DNA of 64,000 nt from Eledone cirrhosa. Lineage: Eukaryota. Below are positions 51,946-64,000 of this stretch, piece after piece. Both the position numbers and the translations under genes were made by a program. Position 1 is the stretch's first letter; every line of letters begins with the position of its first letter. Location: the NCBI GenBank assembly GCA_964016885.1, contig OZ024741.1, positions 264,430,001-264,494,000 on the forward strand, in the 5' to 3' direction. Under the pieces are notes generated by a model, which made no database searches, was not told where the DNA came from, and worked only from the letters and a program-made list of their open reading frames with translations.

Positions 51946-54827
51946 GTAGGTGAGTTTTATTGTAGCACAATAAAGCAATGCAAATATCGGATAAGTAGCA
52001 CTCCACAGTTTATAGGACTGGAGTATACATAATATAAGATCAAAAGATGGTTAAAAGAGTTCCAAGTATTTTATTATGCGCATTTCAAAAACAAATATCA
52101 TCATGGTATGATATTTGCATTCTCATCGGAAACATGATATGAAGCTTAAAAAACACTTGTGAACAGTGAAGTTTTATATCAACATATGAAAAATAAAGTA
52201 AGATGGTTATTTGAGATTGTGGAAAAAAGGAGGGGGTAGGAAAAGGTAAGGAAGGGGAAGAAAGAAAATAAAGGATGATGGGGGGAGGAGTATAAGAAGG
52301 AAGGATGAGAGAGGAGGAGAAATGAGTGATAGAGAGAGAGAAATAGCCTTTACAACTGAGAAAACATTGTTTCACAGAGAGAAATTAAAAACCGTTGGAA
52401 GATAATAGATAATTTTAAAAGATTTTGAAATTAAAAGTTAATGAGGTTTATGGATGTTGATGTTTATGATTAAAGAAAAAGGAATTAAGAATAGTATTAA
52501 TTTAAGGTTTATATATTGAAGGGTTTAATAATATGTGCGAAAAAAAGAATTTATTAATATGTATTATTAAAATAAAAATATTAATGATATTAAGGATATA
52601 ATGTGAAAGAAGGAGAAGAATAAATGAGTTATGAACTTAGAGGAATTATTTATGGTTTAAGTTTGTTTTTATGTATTGTAATATGTAAAAGTAAATAATA
52701 GGTTTAAAACGAGCACGGTAGAAAGATGGGTATATTTGTAAAATATATAAAAGCCTTTGAGAAAAAGAAGATTTTAAACTAATTATGTATTGAGATATTA
52801 GCTGTATACTTTATGGAAAGTTCTATGGGATTTATGCAAGCAGAGCGAGAATAAATCCGTTCGTCTGTTTATTATAGAATTAAAATTAGATATAATGGTA
52901 AATTTCTCGGCTAGGCAGAGATTACATGTTCTGGATAGGGAAGAATTTCCGGTAAGGAAAGGCGTTGCAAACCTTCCTCCAAGAGGTGTTATAGTTAATA
53001 TTTTTGTCTTTTAAGGACCATATGAGTTCCGAGAGTGCCGTGTTAGTTCTTTTAAGTTGGTATTTAAAAGACGATTTGTGATTATAAAATCTTGCTTTAA
53101 AGGAAGTGGAAGTGGAACCGAAATAGGTAAAAGAATTAGTACCAGTTATAACCTACACTAAGTTTTTATCAAGACATTGGTTATTAAGAGGACATTTAGT
53201 TCTAACAAGGCAATTACAATTACGATTAGAGAAATTAACAGAGTTATTAACAAGTGACCTAGTATTATTTATAGAAGGAATTGAATTGGAGAAATTATTT
53301 ACGATAGGAACTATAGTTTCCTGATTTAGATTGGTATTATGAACATTCAACGAAGTTACGTTTGACGTCGTATTTAAATTTCCTGAATCTAGCCTAGAGT
53401 TAACATTGACGTCGGGTATACTACTGCTATTATTATGACGCTCTGTGTTGGATGGATGTAATTTATTATTTTATATTTTATTATTGTGTTTAGAGATAAT
53501 GTTAGAGATGTTGGAAGTGGTGGAATAAGAGAATTTGATTGTATGTTTGTTAAAGATGTTACTATAGATATGCGGGGGGGGGGGGGGGCATTTATCTAAG
53601 GCCCTAAAGAATAGTTTAGGAATATTATTAGTAATAGAAAGAGAAAAAGGAGCATTATACCAAATCATATTTTGTATCTAGGTCTTTTATTTAAGTTATT
53701 GGAATGTTCATAATTAACTATTTTACTATAAGTCCTTCAATGATTGGTTTCTTTACTGTATTTAATTTTATCAGGATAACCGGCTTTGGAAAGCGCATTA
53801 TTATAGTAATTGGCATTAGCGTCGAAGATAACTTTATTAGAGGATCCAAACTTCTTTTTTTCTTTTATCCTTTTTCCTTTCTTCCCTTTTTTCTTTTTTA
53901 ATTTCTAATCTTTAATCTGTAACTTTTACTTCCCAATTACTTCTCAATTCATATTATTACTCACTACAGCATTTTCCATTTTTCCATTTTTGGTTATGTT
54001 ATTGGCCATAGAAACTATATTTTTAAATATATAATAATATTACCATTAGAACATTTTTGTAAACATGTATACCTGTTGACGTTAGATATTTTTTCTTCCT
54101 TAAATTCTCTTTTTACTTCTCACCTTCCGTGCTCGTTTTAAACCTATTATTTACTTTTACATATTACAATACATAAAAACAAACTTAAACCCTAAATAAT
54201 TCCTCTAAGTTCATAATTCATTTATTCTTCTCCTTCTTTCACATTATATCCTTAATATCATTAATATTTTTATTTTAATAATACATATTAATAAATTCTT
54301 TTTTTCGCACATATTATTAAACCCTTCAATATATAAACCTTAAATTAATACTATTCTTAATTCCTTTTTCTTTAATCATAAACATCAACATCCATAAACC
54401 TCATTAACTTTTAATTTCAAAATCTTTTAAAATTATCTATTATCTTCCAACGGTTTTTAATTTCTCTCTGTGAAGAAACAATGTTTTCTCAGTTGTAAAG
54501 GCTATTTCTCTCTCTCTATCACTCATTTCTCCTCCTCTCTCATCCTTCCTTCTTATACTCCTCCCCTTCATCCTTTATTTTCTTTCTTCCTCTTCCTTAC
54601 CTTTTCCTAACCCCCCCCCCCCCTCCTTTTTTTTCAAAATCTCATATAACCATCTTACTTTATTTTTCATATGTTGATTTAAAACTTCACTGTTCACAAG
54701 TGTTTTTAAGCTTCATATCATGTTTCCCTATTTTATCTGATGAGAACGCAAATATCATCCCATGATGATATTTGTTTTTTAAATGCGCATAATAAAATAC
54801 TTGGAACTTTTTTAACCATCTTTTGAT

Positions 54828-54830
<3 letters not shown>
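51946..54830 (-). mobile_element. Decayed Penelope-like element (RT thumb to GIY-YIG, ~53860-52850; possibly Nematis-type) with inverted pLTR arms 52035-52720 and 54125-54830
   Basis: YYNNALSKAGY, IWYNAPFS...IFNKHTIKFSYS, CNCLVRTKCPLNNQCL; ~700-bp inverted arms. Confidence 0.8.
54729..54799 (+). ncRNA. Hammerhead motif, damaged differently in the two arms (other copy 52067-52129, minus)
   Basis: tattttat-CTGATGA-long stem II-(T/G)AAA-tgcgca-TA-ataaaata; the right arm has TAAA, the left arm keeps GAAA but lost the 5' side of stem I. Confidence 0.65.
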
Positions 54831-54919
<89 letters not shown>

Positions 54920-55046
54920 TATTGAAGTTTGCTTGAAGCATTGTGGAATAATAGGTAAATATCTTTAAGTCGTTTGGAAGCCTCGACAATGCAAATGGGT
55001 AAATCTCCGGGTAACAAGATCCGGTGGTGGAGAGAGAGATGTAATC

Positions 55047-55641
55047 AATTTTAGTAAGTAAGTTGATTTTTAATTTTTAAAATTTTCTTATTTTACGTCT
55101 TTCATATAATTGTTCTGCATCCCCCTGCATAGAACCACAAAGGTACTAAGACATAACATATATATTTGCTAGCATAGGTGAACATCTGTACACATATGTT
55201 GGTAAATGTACTAATTCTCTATATTTAACTCCAAATTATTTGTCGAGCAAAACTTGCCAAAATTTACTGCTGATTCATGGTAGTAGTAGGCTCTTGTCAT
55301 AATACCACCCCGTTCCTAACTGATTAACCTCAGTGTCACGTGATTGATTCTTTAGAATCTGCCACTGACCAGAGGCAGTGAATTTTTTCAGTGCTCCGGA
55401 ATTTAGTCCTCGCTAGCTTTATTCCATCCACTGAATTATTATTATTTTTATATGGGTTCCTAGTGTCCGCGCATCGCCTGGGAACTTAGCTGAGAATAGA
55501 CTCCCTGATGACGTATGCAATTCTCTATAGTTATATTATGTAACTATATTTATCCCCATACAGAAACTAATTAGTTGGAGGGAAAATTTTAGTAGGTAAG
55601 TTGATTTTTAATTTTTAAAATTTTCTTATTTTACGTCTTTC

Positions 55642-55645
<4 letters not shown>
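55047..55645 (+). mobile_element. ORF-less HHR repeat, family 2: 1.1 units, period 538 bp
   Basis: 55047-55107 is repeated at 55585-55645; homologous to 57270-58393; ends at (TA)n. Confidence 0.8.
55501..55580 (+). ncRNA. Type I hammerhead motif with extended stem II
   Basis: ctcc-CTGATGA-c.gtatg...catac.a-GAAA-ctaattag-TT-ggag. Confidence 0.75.
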
Positions 55646-55716
<71 letters not shown>

Positions 55717-55719
55717 GAG

Positions 55720-56990
55720 ATTACAATAATCAAAGTTCAGTTTAAATGATTTATTTGCTTACAATTGTTTCCTCCAAACCGAGGTTTGGATTCTTCGGAG
55801 CAACTATTTAGTGATCTATAACATACTTGACCTCCTTTTCAACACAAGAGACATATAAAAACATATGCACATATTGATCCACAGTGGGATGACATCCATC
55901 AAAATGATATAGCATGGCAATTTACATATAAAGGTTAAAGGATAAAGATAAAAATAAAAATAAAAATAAAAAGGAAGCATTGGCAGTCTATGAAGATAAA
56001 GCAAGAGGAAAGTTTAGAGTAGTCAGTGTATGAAACAATCTCACGTGTAGCATGCACGCGTGTCTTATTTATACAGGATTAGAGTGCGTCAGAATGTTAC
56101 TTGCAGGGTCAGGCAGTTGAAGCAGGCAATCGATATTATTATGTGGGCTGAATTATTAAATCATTTATTCGCATACACCTGTATGATATATAGTCCCGAA
56201 TGTGGAGAAACACCAAAATATCAAAAATATCAAACATATTATAAAACATATTATATCGTAGGCAAAACAGTACCACTGTCTTCGCGCACACCACCACTCA
56301 CATAATCCATGAGACGCAATATATAGACCGCAGGTCTATCATATAATTCACGATGGTTCGGCATATAACCAAGTTATAAACCGTATCTTGTCGATTCTTA
56401 ATTAATAGATCATGTTGTTTAGTTTTGTGTGATGATACTATATTCCGGAAGTGTGTGTATGACCAAGGGGAATTAATGCGCAAGGGGAGGTACCTAGCTG
56501 GTTTTCTTAGTTAAATTTATTATCCTAAATTACATTAATGGTGTTTCAAATAAGTGCCTATCATATGCTGTTATAACTAATTTCTAGATTATGTTGCTTA
56601 TCTATAGGTTACAGTGTAGTCTATTAAGAGGTACTAAAGGTGTATATATCATGATGATTACCTTCTATTAAGGGGTGTCATATCTGAACATTCTATAAGA
56701 AGAGTCAGACCCCCAAATCAATGTTCTTTGTAAGTGTAATTCCTCCCGCAGGACCTGGCATGGTCCTATTATTTTATATGTGACTCCCGGTAAGCTCTGG
56801 GTCATTGTATGTCTGAATCCTTGGTAAATCTGAATATCTCCAGGGTGGTCTGGAGATCAAATCTCTCATATAAAGACACCAGTCTGGCCATCAAGCAATA
56901 GATAAACTCCTATCTCATATATAAATTAAATTAGGTTTCTTATCTACAAATTAGAGTGGAGTCTATTAATAAGTAATAAAGGAGTTCATA
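55720..56990 (-). mobile_element. Family 3 pLTR-like repeat, longer copy
   Basis: Homologous to 34712-35430; only a faint GIY-YIG-like trace (NLIY, GQTG) near 56870-56940. Confidence 0.6.
55755..55803 (-). ncRNA. Minimal hammerhead motif, U4C variant, identical core to 34750-34796
   Basis: ttgct-CCGAAGA-atccaaacctcggtttggag-GAAA-caattg-TA-agcaa. Confidence 0.7.
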
Positions 56991-57041
56991 TCATGAAGAT
57001 TACAATCTGGAGATCGAATATATATATATACATATATATAC

Positions 57042-58393
<1,352 letters not shown>

Positions 58394-61300
58394 AGGGGGG
58401 AGGAGGAGAAGAAGGGAGGGATGTTAGTATGTTAGTTGGGGAAGGGTGGTCGGATGAGAGGTGGAGTGGAGGTGTTAGTATTGTTAGTTGTGGGGTGGGC
58501 GGTGAAAAGGAGGGGTGTGTTAGTGGTGTTAGTGGGGGATAAGTGTGGGGGGAGAAGGGCGGTCGAAGGCTAAAGGAATAAGGGTGGGGAGTTCAGGCCG
58601 GGGGGAGTGTGGGTCTGTAAGATGAAGATAGTTCTTTGTTCGACTGTAAGGCGATTGGCGGGTGTTCCGTGGCATTGGAGTAGGCCACAGACTGTGAGAT
58701 GGCGTGCGGAATGTCCAGGGCCACCAAAGTGGCGGGCGATGGGGGAACTACCCCCGAGACGAATATCCCGGAGGTGCTCAGTGAATCGGTCCGCCAGGCG
58801 ACGTCCCGTCTGTCCGACATAAGTCGCGCTGCACTCCGTGCGGCGAAGTCCGTAGACTAGGTTGGAGGAGGTGCAGCGGAAAGCATGCCGGACAGAGAGA
58901 GAGTGGCCGTTGGGACCCTGGAAGGTGGTGGTGTTGGTGATGTGGGGACAGGTGTTGCAGCGGGGCCTAGAACAGGGAAAGGAACCGGGGGGGAACAGAG
59001 CGTGGGTTGGGGGGTAAGGAGCTGTGGACGAGGAGGGTGCGGAGATTGCGTGTGCGTTTGAAGGAGGGGAGTGGTGAGGTTGGGAAGATGTGGGAGGTGG
59101 AGGGGTCGGACTGGAGGCGTCGGAAGAGGCGGCGGATGGTGCGGTGGAGGGGTAAGGGGGAGGGGTGGTAGGTGATGGGGAAGGGGAGACGGTGGGTGGG
59201 TGTGCGGTGGTGTGAGGTGATGGTGGTGGAGCGGGGGACAGCACGGGCGCGGGTGAGAGCGGTGTGGACGAGAGAGGGGGGGGGGTAACCTCTGCGGATG
59301 AACTGGCTGACTAGGGAAAGGGCCTGGGACTCAAAGTCAGCATCTCGGCTACAGAGGCGGCGGATCCTGAGAAGTTGGGAGTAGGGAATGGAGTGTTTAG
59401 TGTGGGTGGGGTGGGAAGAGGTGAAGTCGAGGTAAGAGTGGGAGTCGGTGGGTTTGAAGAAGGCGGAGGTGACGAGGGAGTAGTGGGAGGGGTCGAAGGC
59501 GACGGAGATGTCTAAGAATTGGACGTGGGTGGTGGAGATAGAGGTGGTGAAGTGGAGGGAGGGGTGGAAGGAGCAGAAGAAGGAGAGAAAGGAGTCGAGC
59601 TGTTCTCGGGTGAGGGTCGTGGCTCCGATACAGTCGTCAATGTAACGACCGTACAGTTCGGGCGTGGGGCCGGTGTACTGGGCAAAGATTTGGGCCTCAA
59701 CATGGCCAACAAAAAGGTTGGCATAGTTCGGGCCCATTCTTGTACCCATGGCTACCCCCGTGACCTGTTGGTAAAACTCACCCGAGAAGGAGAAACAATT
59801 CAAGGTGCGGACCAACTCGGCGAGGCGAAGGAGTGTGGGGGTGGAGGGAATGGGGGAGGGGCGAATGTCGAGGTAGTGTTTGAGGGCGCGTAGGCCGTCG
59901 GCGTAGGGGATGACGGTATAGAGGGACTTGATGTCTAGGGTGAAGAGGAAGGGCTGTGGGCCGGGTGGGTAGGTGAAGGAGTCGAAAAGGCGCAGGGCGT
60001 GGTTGGTGTCGGAGATGTAGGAGGGGAGGGTGGTGACAAGGGGGGCGAGGATGGAGTCGAGAAAGGCGGAGATGAGTTCGGTGAGGCAGTTGCAAGCGGA
60101 GACGATGGGGCGGCCGGGGTTGTCGGGTTTGTGGAGTTTGGGGAGGAAGTAGATGGTAGGGGTGCGGGCGGGGGGGGGCGATGAGGTGGGAAGCGGTGGG
60201 GGGGAGGGAGGAGGTGATAAGGTCTTTGATGGTGGAGGAGACTTGTTGTTGGTAGAGGGGGGGTGGGATCGGAGGGTAGAGGGCGGTAGAAGAGGGGGTT
60301 ACAGAGCTGCCTGAGGGCTTCGGCCGTGTAGAGGTCCGCGCGCCACACCACTACGGCGCCTCCCTTGTCCGCCGGTTTGATGACGATGTCATCTCGGCTA
60401 CGGAGGGAGCGGAGAGCGAGGAGTTCGCCCCGTGAGATATTGTACCGTTTGGAACGGTGGCGGATGTCGAAACGATTTACTGCGCTACGGCTGGCATCGA
60501 CGAAGGCGTCCAGGGTGCTAAATTGCCCTGGGGCCGGCGTCCAAGAACATGGTCGTCGGCCCAGGGCGAGAAACGGGTCTGGGGCGTCCGGAGCCGGTGG
60601 CGTTCGGCCGAAATGTGCCTGTAGCTTAGTGCGTCGCACGAATCGCTCGACTTCCGTTCGGGTGCGGAACTCGTCGCTGTGCGGAGTGTGGGGTATGAAG
60701 CGAAGGCCTCTACTAAGGAGTGAGCGCTCAGGTGCGGAGAGGGGGAGGTCAGGGGGTATGGTGACAAGTGGTGGGGTTTGGGTGTTTTGGGGGAAGGGAG
60801 GGTGTGGGTAGAGGGAGAGGTGGAGAGTTGTGGGCGTATGGGGATGGGCGGGTGGTGGTGGATGGGGGTGGTTGGGAGGAGTGAGTGTAGCTTGCGGGCT
60901 TTGGTGGAGCTGAGGAAGGAGAAGAGGTTGTGGTTGAGGCTTTGGATGAAGGAGAGGATGGCTTGGGCGAGGAGGGGGTGGCATGTGGAGTTAAGGCGGA
61001 GGAGGGTGGGGGTCTGTTGGTGGTGAAGTTGGCGGAGGGTGGAACGGGAGGCGCGGATGGAGTTGCGCATCGGGAGGCGTGAGGATCGGGTGAGGATACG
61101 TTGCGTGGAGAGGGAAGCGGCGGGGAAGGGTGGAAGTGTAGACGGAAGCCGAGGGGGATAAGGTGGAGGCGGAAGTAGTGGCTGAGGAAATGGATGTGGC
61201 TGGAGTGCCGGGTTTTGGCGAAGAGAAGGTAGGAGAGTTGAAGGGCAGAGGGGAGATAGCAGGGTGGGAGGAGGGGGTGAGGAAAAGTTTGAGGCGATTA

Positions 61301-61721
61301 TGTAGTTAGTGGAGAAAGGATCTCAGGCTGGGCATGGTGGGCGTTGGGTGAAAGCGGGGGAAGGGATGAGAAGGCAGGGGTGTGAAGCGGGGTGGAGTGA
61401 ACGAAGGAGTGAGTGCGAAGGATAGGCAGAGACGGGGAAGGGAAAATGAAACAGAAAAACGTAGGGAGGGGGGAGTAAACACAGGAAAATTAAAGACAAA
61501 AAATCATAAAGGTAAAAACACAGGCAATCGTGAACAAAAAATCATAAAGGTAAAAACACAGGCAATCGTGAACAAAAAATCATAGAAATAAAATTGTAAG
61601 AACACAGGCAAAGAATCATATACGGAAATAAACAAGTACAGTAACAAAATCAAACAGAGGTAATGCGTAGAAAGAAAGACCAAATGTGGGAAGGTGTGTA
61701 AAGTTCGGAGAAAGGTCACGG

Positions 61722-61725
<4 letters not shown>
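58394..61725 (-). mobile_element. Near full-length Penelope-like element (Neptune-like), frameshifted at poly-C runs
   Basis: IVIKPADKGGAVVV, GVAMGTRMGPNYANLF, YGRYIDD, FKPTDSHSYL, CSRPRCNTC, NLVYGL...YVGQTGRRLADRFTEH...GLN; coding ~61335-58570. Confidence 0.9.
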
Positions 61726-61756
<31 letters not shown>

Positions 61757-61758
<2 letters not shown>

Positions 61759-62225
61759 GATATTAAATAAATGGAAACTATATTTATAAAACCATATTTA
61801 TTTCATTATATATATTTCAGGGATATCATATTAAAAATATGGTATGCCTTCATCAGACAAAATACAATATAAACAGTCTTATAAATAGATAGATTTGACA
61901 TACCTTACAACTTCAACTTCCATTTAAAAAGTTTTTAAACTTTTTAAATGGAAGTTTTTAAACTTTTTAAATGGAAGTTGAAGTTGTAAGGTATGTCAAA
62001 TCTATCTATTTATAAGACTGTTTATATTGTATTTTGTCTGATGAAGGCATACCATATTTTTAATATGATATCCCTGAAATATATATAATGAAATAAATAT
62101 GGTTTTATAAATATAGTTTCCATTTATTTAATATCGTAAATATACTCCAAATACTTGTTGAGTGCTTTTATATCAGTTATAAATATTTACTCGTTGTAAC
62201 CCAACAATTTAAATAAAACTTTGCA
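61757..62225 (+). repeat. Fold-back pLTR remnant (arms ~61757-61930 and 61964-62137, plus tail)
   Basis: Perfect inverted repeat with a short duplication at the centre; (TA)n flanks. Confidence 0.9.
62030..62095 (+). ncRNA. Type I hammerhead motif (mirror copy 61799-61864, minus)
   Basis: tattttgt-CTGATGA-agg...catatt.ttt.aatatg...cct-GAAA-tatata-TA-atgaaata. Confidence 0.75.
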
Positions 62226-62274
62226 TATATATATATATATTATTATTATGTAATAAACAACATAAGGCAATTAT

Positions 62275-62332
62275 TCCATTTACCAGTGGTTTCTTAAAAG
62301 CAAAAGGTTTTGCTTTCAATCCTCAGAATGAA
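62275..62332 (-). ncRNA. Type I hammerhead motif with canonical core and 11-bp stem II
   Basis: ttcatt-CTGAGGA-ttgaaagcaaa.acct.tttgcttttaa-GAAA-ccactgg-TA-aatgga. Confidence 0.8.
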
Positions 62333-62519
62333 AAAATCCTGGTTTGTTTATTGAATTTGGATTATAAAAACAAAAATGCAATCTATATGAAAGTGAGGCT
62401 GGAGAAGGGAGAAGGAAAGGAAAAATAAAATAAAACTACACATGCAAACACACACAAAAAAACCCAAAAGCATACTTACACACACATACATATATACATA
62501 TATATATATGTACGCATAC

Positions 62520-63599
62520 ATAGCCAATTGGAAAAGATATCTAGACGACTGCTTTATCCTATGGCAAGAAGACATGAACTCACTTACTACGTTTAAAAAC
62601 ATGATAAACAACATAGATAATAACATACAATTCACAATGGAATCCAATCCTAAGGAATTAGCCTTCTTGGATATTCTCATCTCTGTAATAGACGGGAAAT
62701 TAGATACAGATATATTCTATAAACCCACAGATTCCAAGCAATACCTCTTTTTCACATCAAGTCACCCAAAACATACAAAACTTAACATTCCTTACAATTT
62801 GGCCAAACGTATATGTACCATAGTATCAGATCCACCTAAACGGGAGCAAAGACTAAAGGAACTAAAAGACACCCTTATCTTAAGAGCCTTTCCACTTGAA
62901 ATAATCAACAATGGAATAGACAGGGCAAAACACCTAAATCCCCATCAACTTAACAATCCAAAACAGAAAACCACACTCAACACCCTGCCATATGTATCCA
63001 CTTTCAACCCCAGAAATACCGAAATGTTTGATCACCTACACAAAAACCTCCCCATCCTACTTAAAGATGTAAAAATGAAGTCTATTCTTGAAACACACAA
63101 GATCCTTAAAAGTAAAAGACAACCCAAATCACTTAAACGCATTCTCACTGGACCAAATATACCCAAACCAATCCTCAACCCTACAGTTACCAAATGTGGT
63201 AGAACAAACTGTGGAACGTGCCTCTACCTCACTGAAGGACAAACATTTACATTCAAAGATGGCCAAACATTTACAGTAAAAAACAATTTCACCTGCAACT
63301 CGGAGAACTTGATTTACGCAATAACTTGCGGTGGGTGCAAACACAACTACATAGGACAGACGGGCACCTCATTACGCAAAAGAATGACCATCCACCGCCA
63401 ACAAATCCGGGACGCTAACACAAGAAAAATCCCCTTGAGCAGCCATATTGCGAACTGCGCAGGAATGACACTACCCAACTTTAAAATCTTCCCCTTCTAC
63501 AAGTGCTCAGATTCGTTCACACAGCAACAAAGAATAAACAAAGAAAATCTATTCCTTAACAAATTTAAACCAAAACTAAACGGGTTATCACCCCAATAG
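62520..63599 (+). CDS. 5'-truncated Penelope-like RT C-terminus plus GIY-YIG (Neptune-like), open frame
   Basis: WKRYLDDCF, LAFLDI, FYKPTDSKQYL, CGRTNCGTC, NLIYAITCGGCKHNYIGQTG...LN; the ORF extension to 62442 is microsatellite read-through. Confidence 0.88.
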   Translation: MANWKRYLDDCFILWQEDMNSLTTFKNMINNIDNNIQFTMESNPKELAFLDILISVIDGKLDTDIFYKPTDSKQYLFFTSSHPKHTKLNIPYNLAKRICTIVSDPPKREQRLKELKDTLILRAFPLEIINNGIDRAKHLNPHQLNNPKQKTTLNTLPYVSTFNPRNTEMFDHLHKNLPILLKDVKMKSILETHKILKSKRQPKSLKRILTGPNIPKPILNPTVTKCGRTNCGTCLYLTEGQTFTFKDGQTFTVKNNFTCNSENLIYAITCGGCKHNYIGQTGTSLRKRMTIHRQQIRDANTRKIPLSSHIANCAGMTLPNFKIFPFYKCSDSFTQQQRINKENLFLNKFKPKLNGLSPQ

Positions 63600-64000
63600 A
63601 ATTGTCATAAAATATAAACACACATACGCACGGAATCACTACTATTAAAGACCAGAGACCAATTCTGTAGAATCAGGTTTATTCATTGACAGACCATGCC
63701 TTTGTGTGACCAACACATCCATGTTAAACCCTGCACGTGCACACACATATATCTATATATATATGCGCACACAGAATTCACCACTGTCGGTTGCGGGGCC
63801 CAATCTACATGAAGAACTCAATGTGATCAGAATGACTTGTATTTTAATTTCACTGCCCCAACTTCTTATATTATGGAAAAAATATATGTGTCTGTATGTA
63901 TATATATATATATATATTTGAAGGCCATTTCTCTGTGTGTGGGTGTATGTATGTGTATATGTGTGTGTGTGTGTATGTGTGTGTATGTATTGTGTGTGCG

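Overview
Gene-free, repeat-saturated eukaryotic DNA, probably from an octopod cephalopod (inferred from the SINE and mariner-MITE families). No host gene is supported. Positions 1-31 kb are nested non-LTR retrotransposons in (TAT)n/(TACA)n tracts: several Tx1/L1-like copies (one ORF1-only, one with two tandem ORF1 modules and an internal 2.3-kb inversion), a near full-length R4/Dong-type RT-RLE element, RTE and Ingi/Vingi-like fragments, tRNA-derived SINEs and MITEs. Positions 33-64 kb are a (TA)n-associated cluster of Penelope-like elements (four distinct RT/GIY-YIG elements) and ORF-less repeats carrying minimal type I hammerhead ribozyme (HHR) motifs. The most notable feature is a retrozyme-like array at 42826-51053: 14 head-to-tail ~520-bp units plus an inverted 1.3-unit 5' piece. 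Each unit has one HHR and an ATGCAAAT octamer 80 nt upstream, and the array directly abuts a young Penelope-like element. A diverged relative (26 kb) keeps the octamer-HHR spacing, and a second ~530-bp HHR family shows compensatory stem changes. All ribozyme calls are by-eye motif and pairing analysis; activity is untested.
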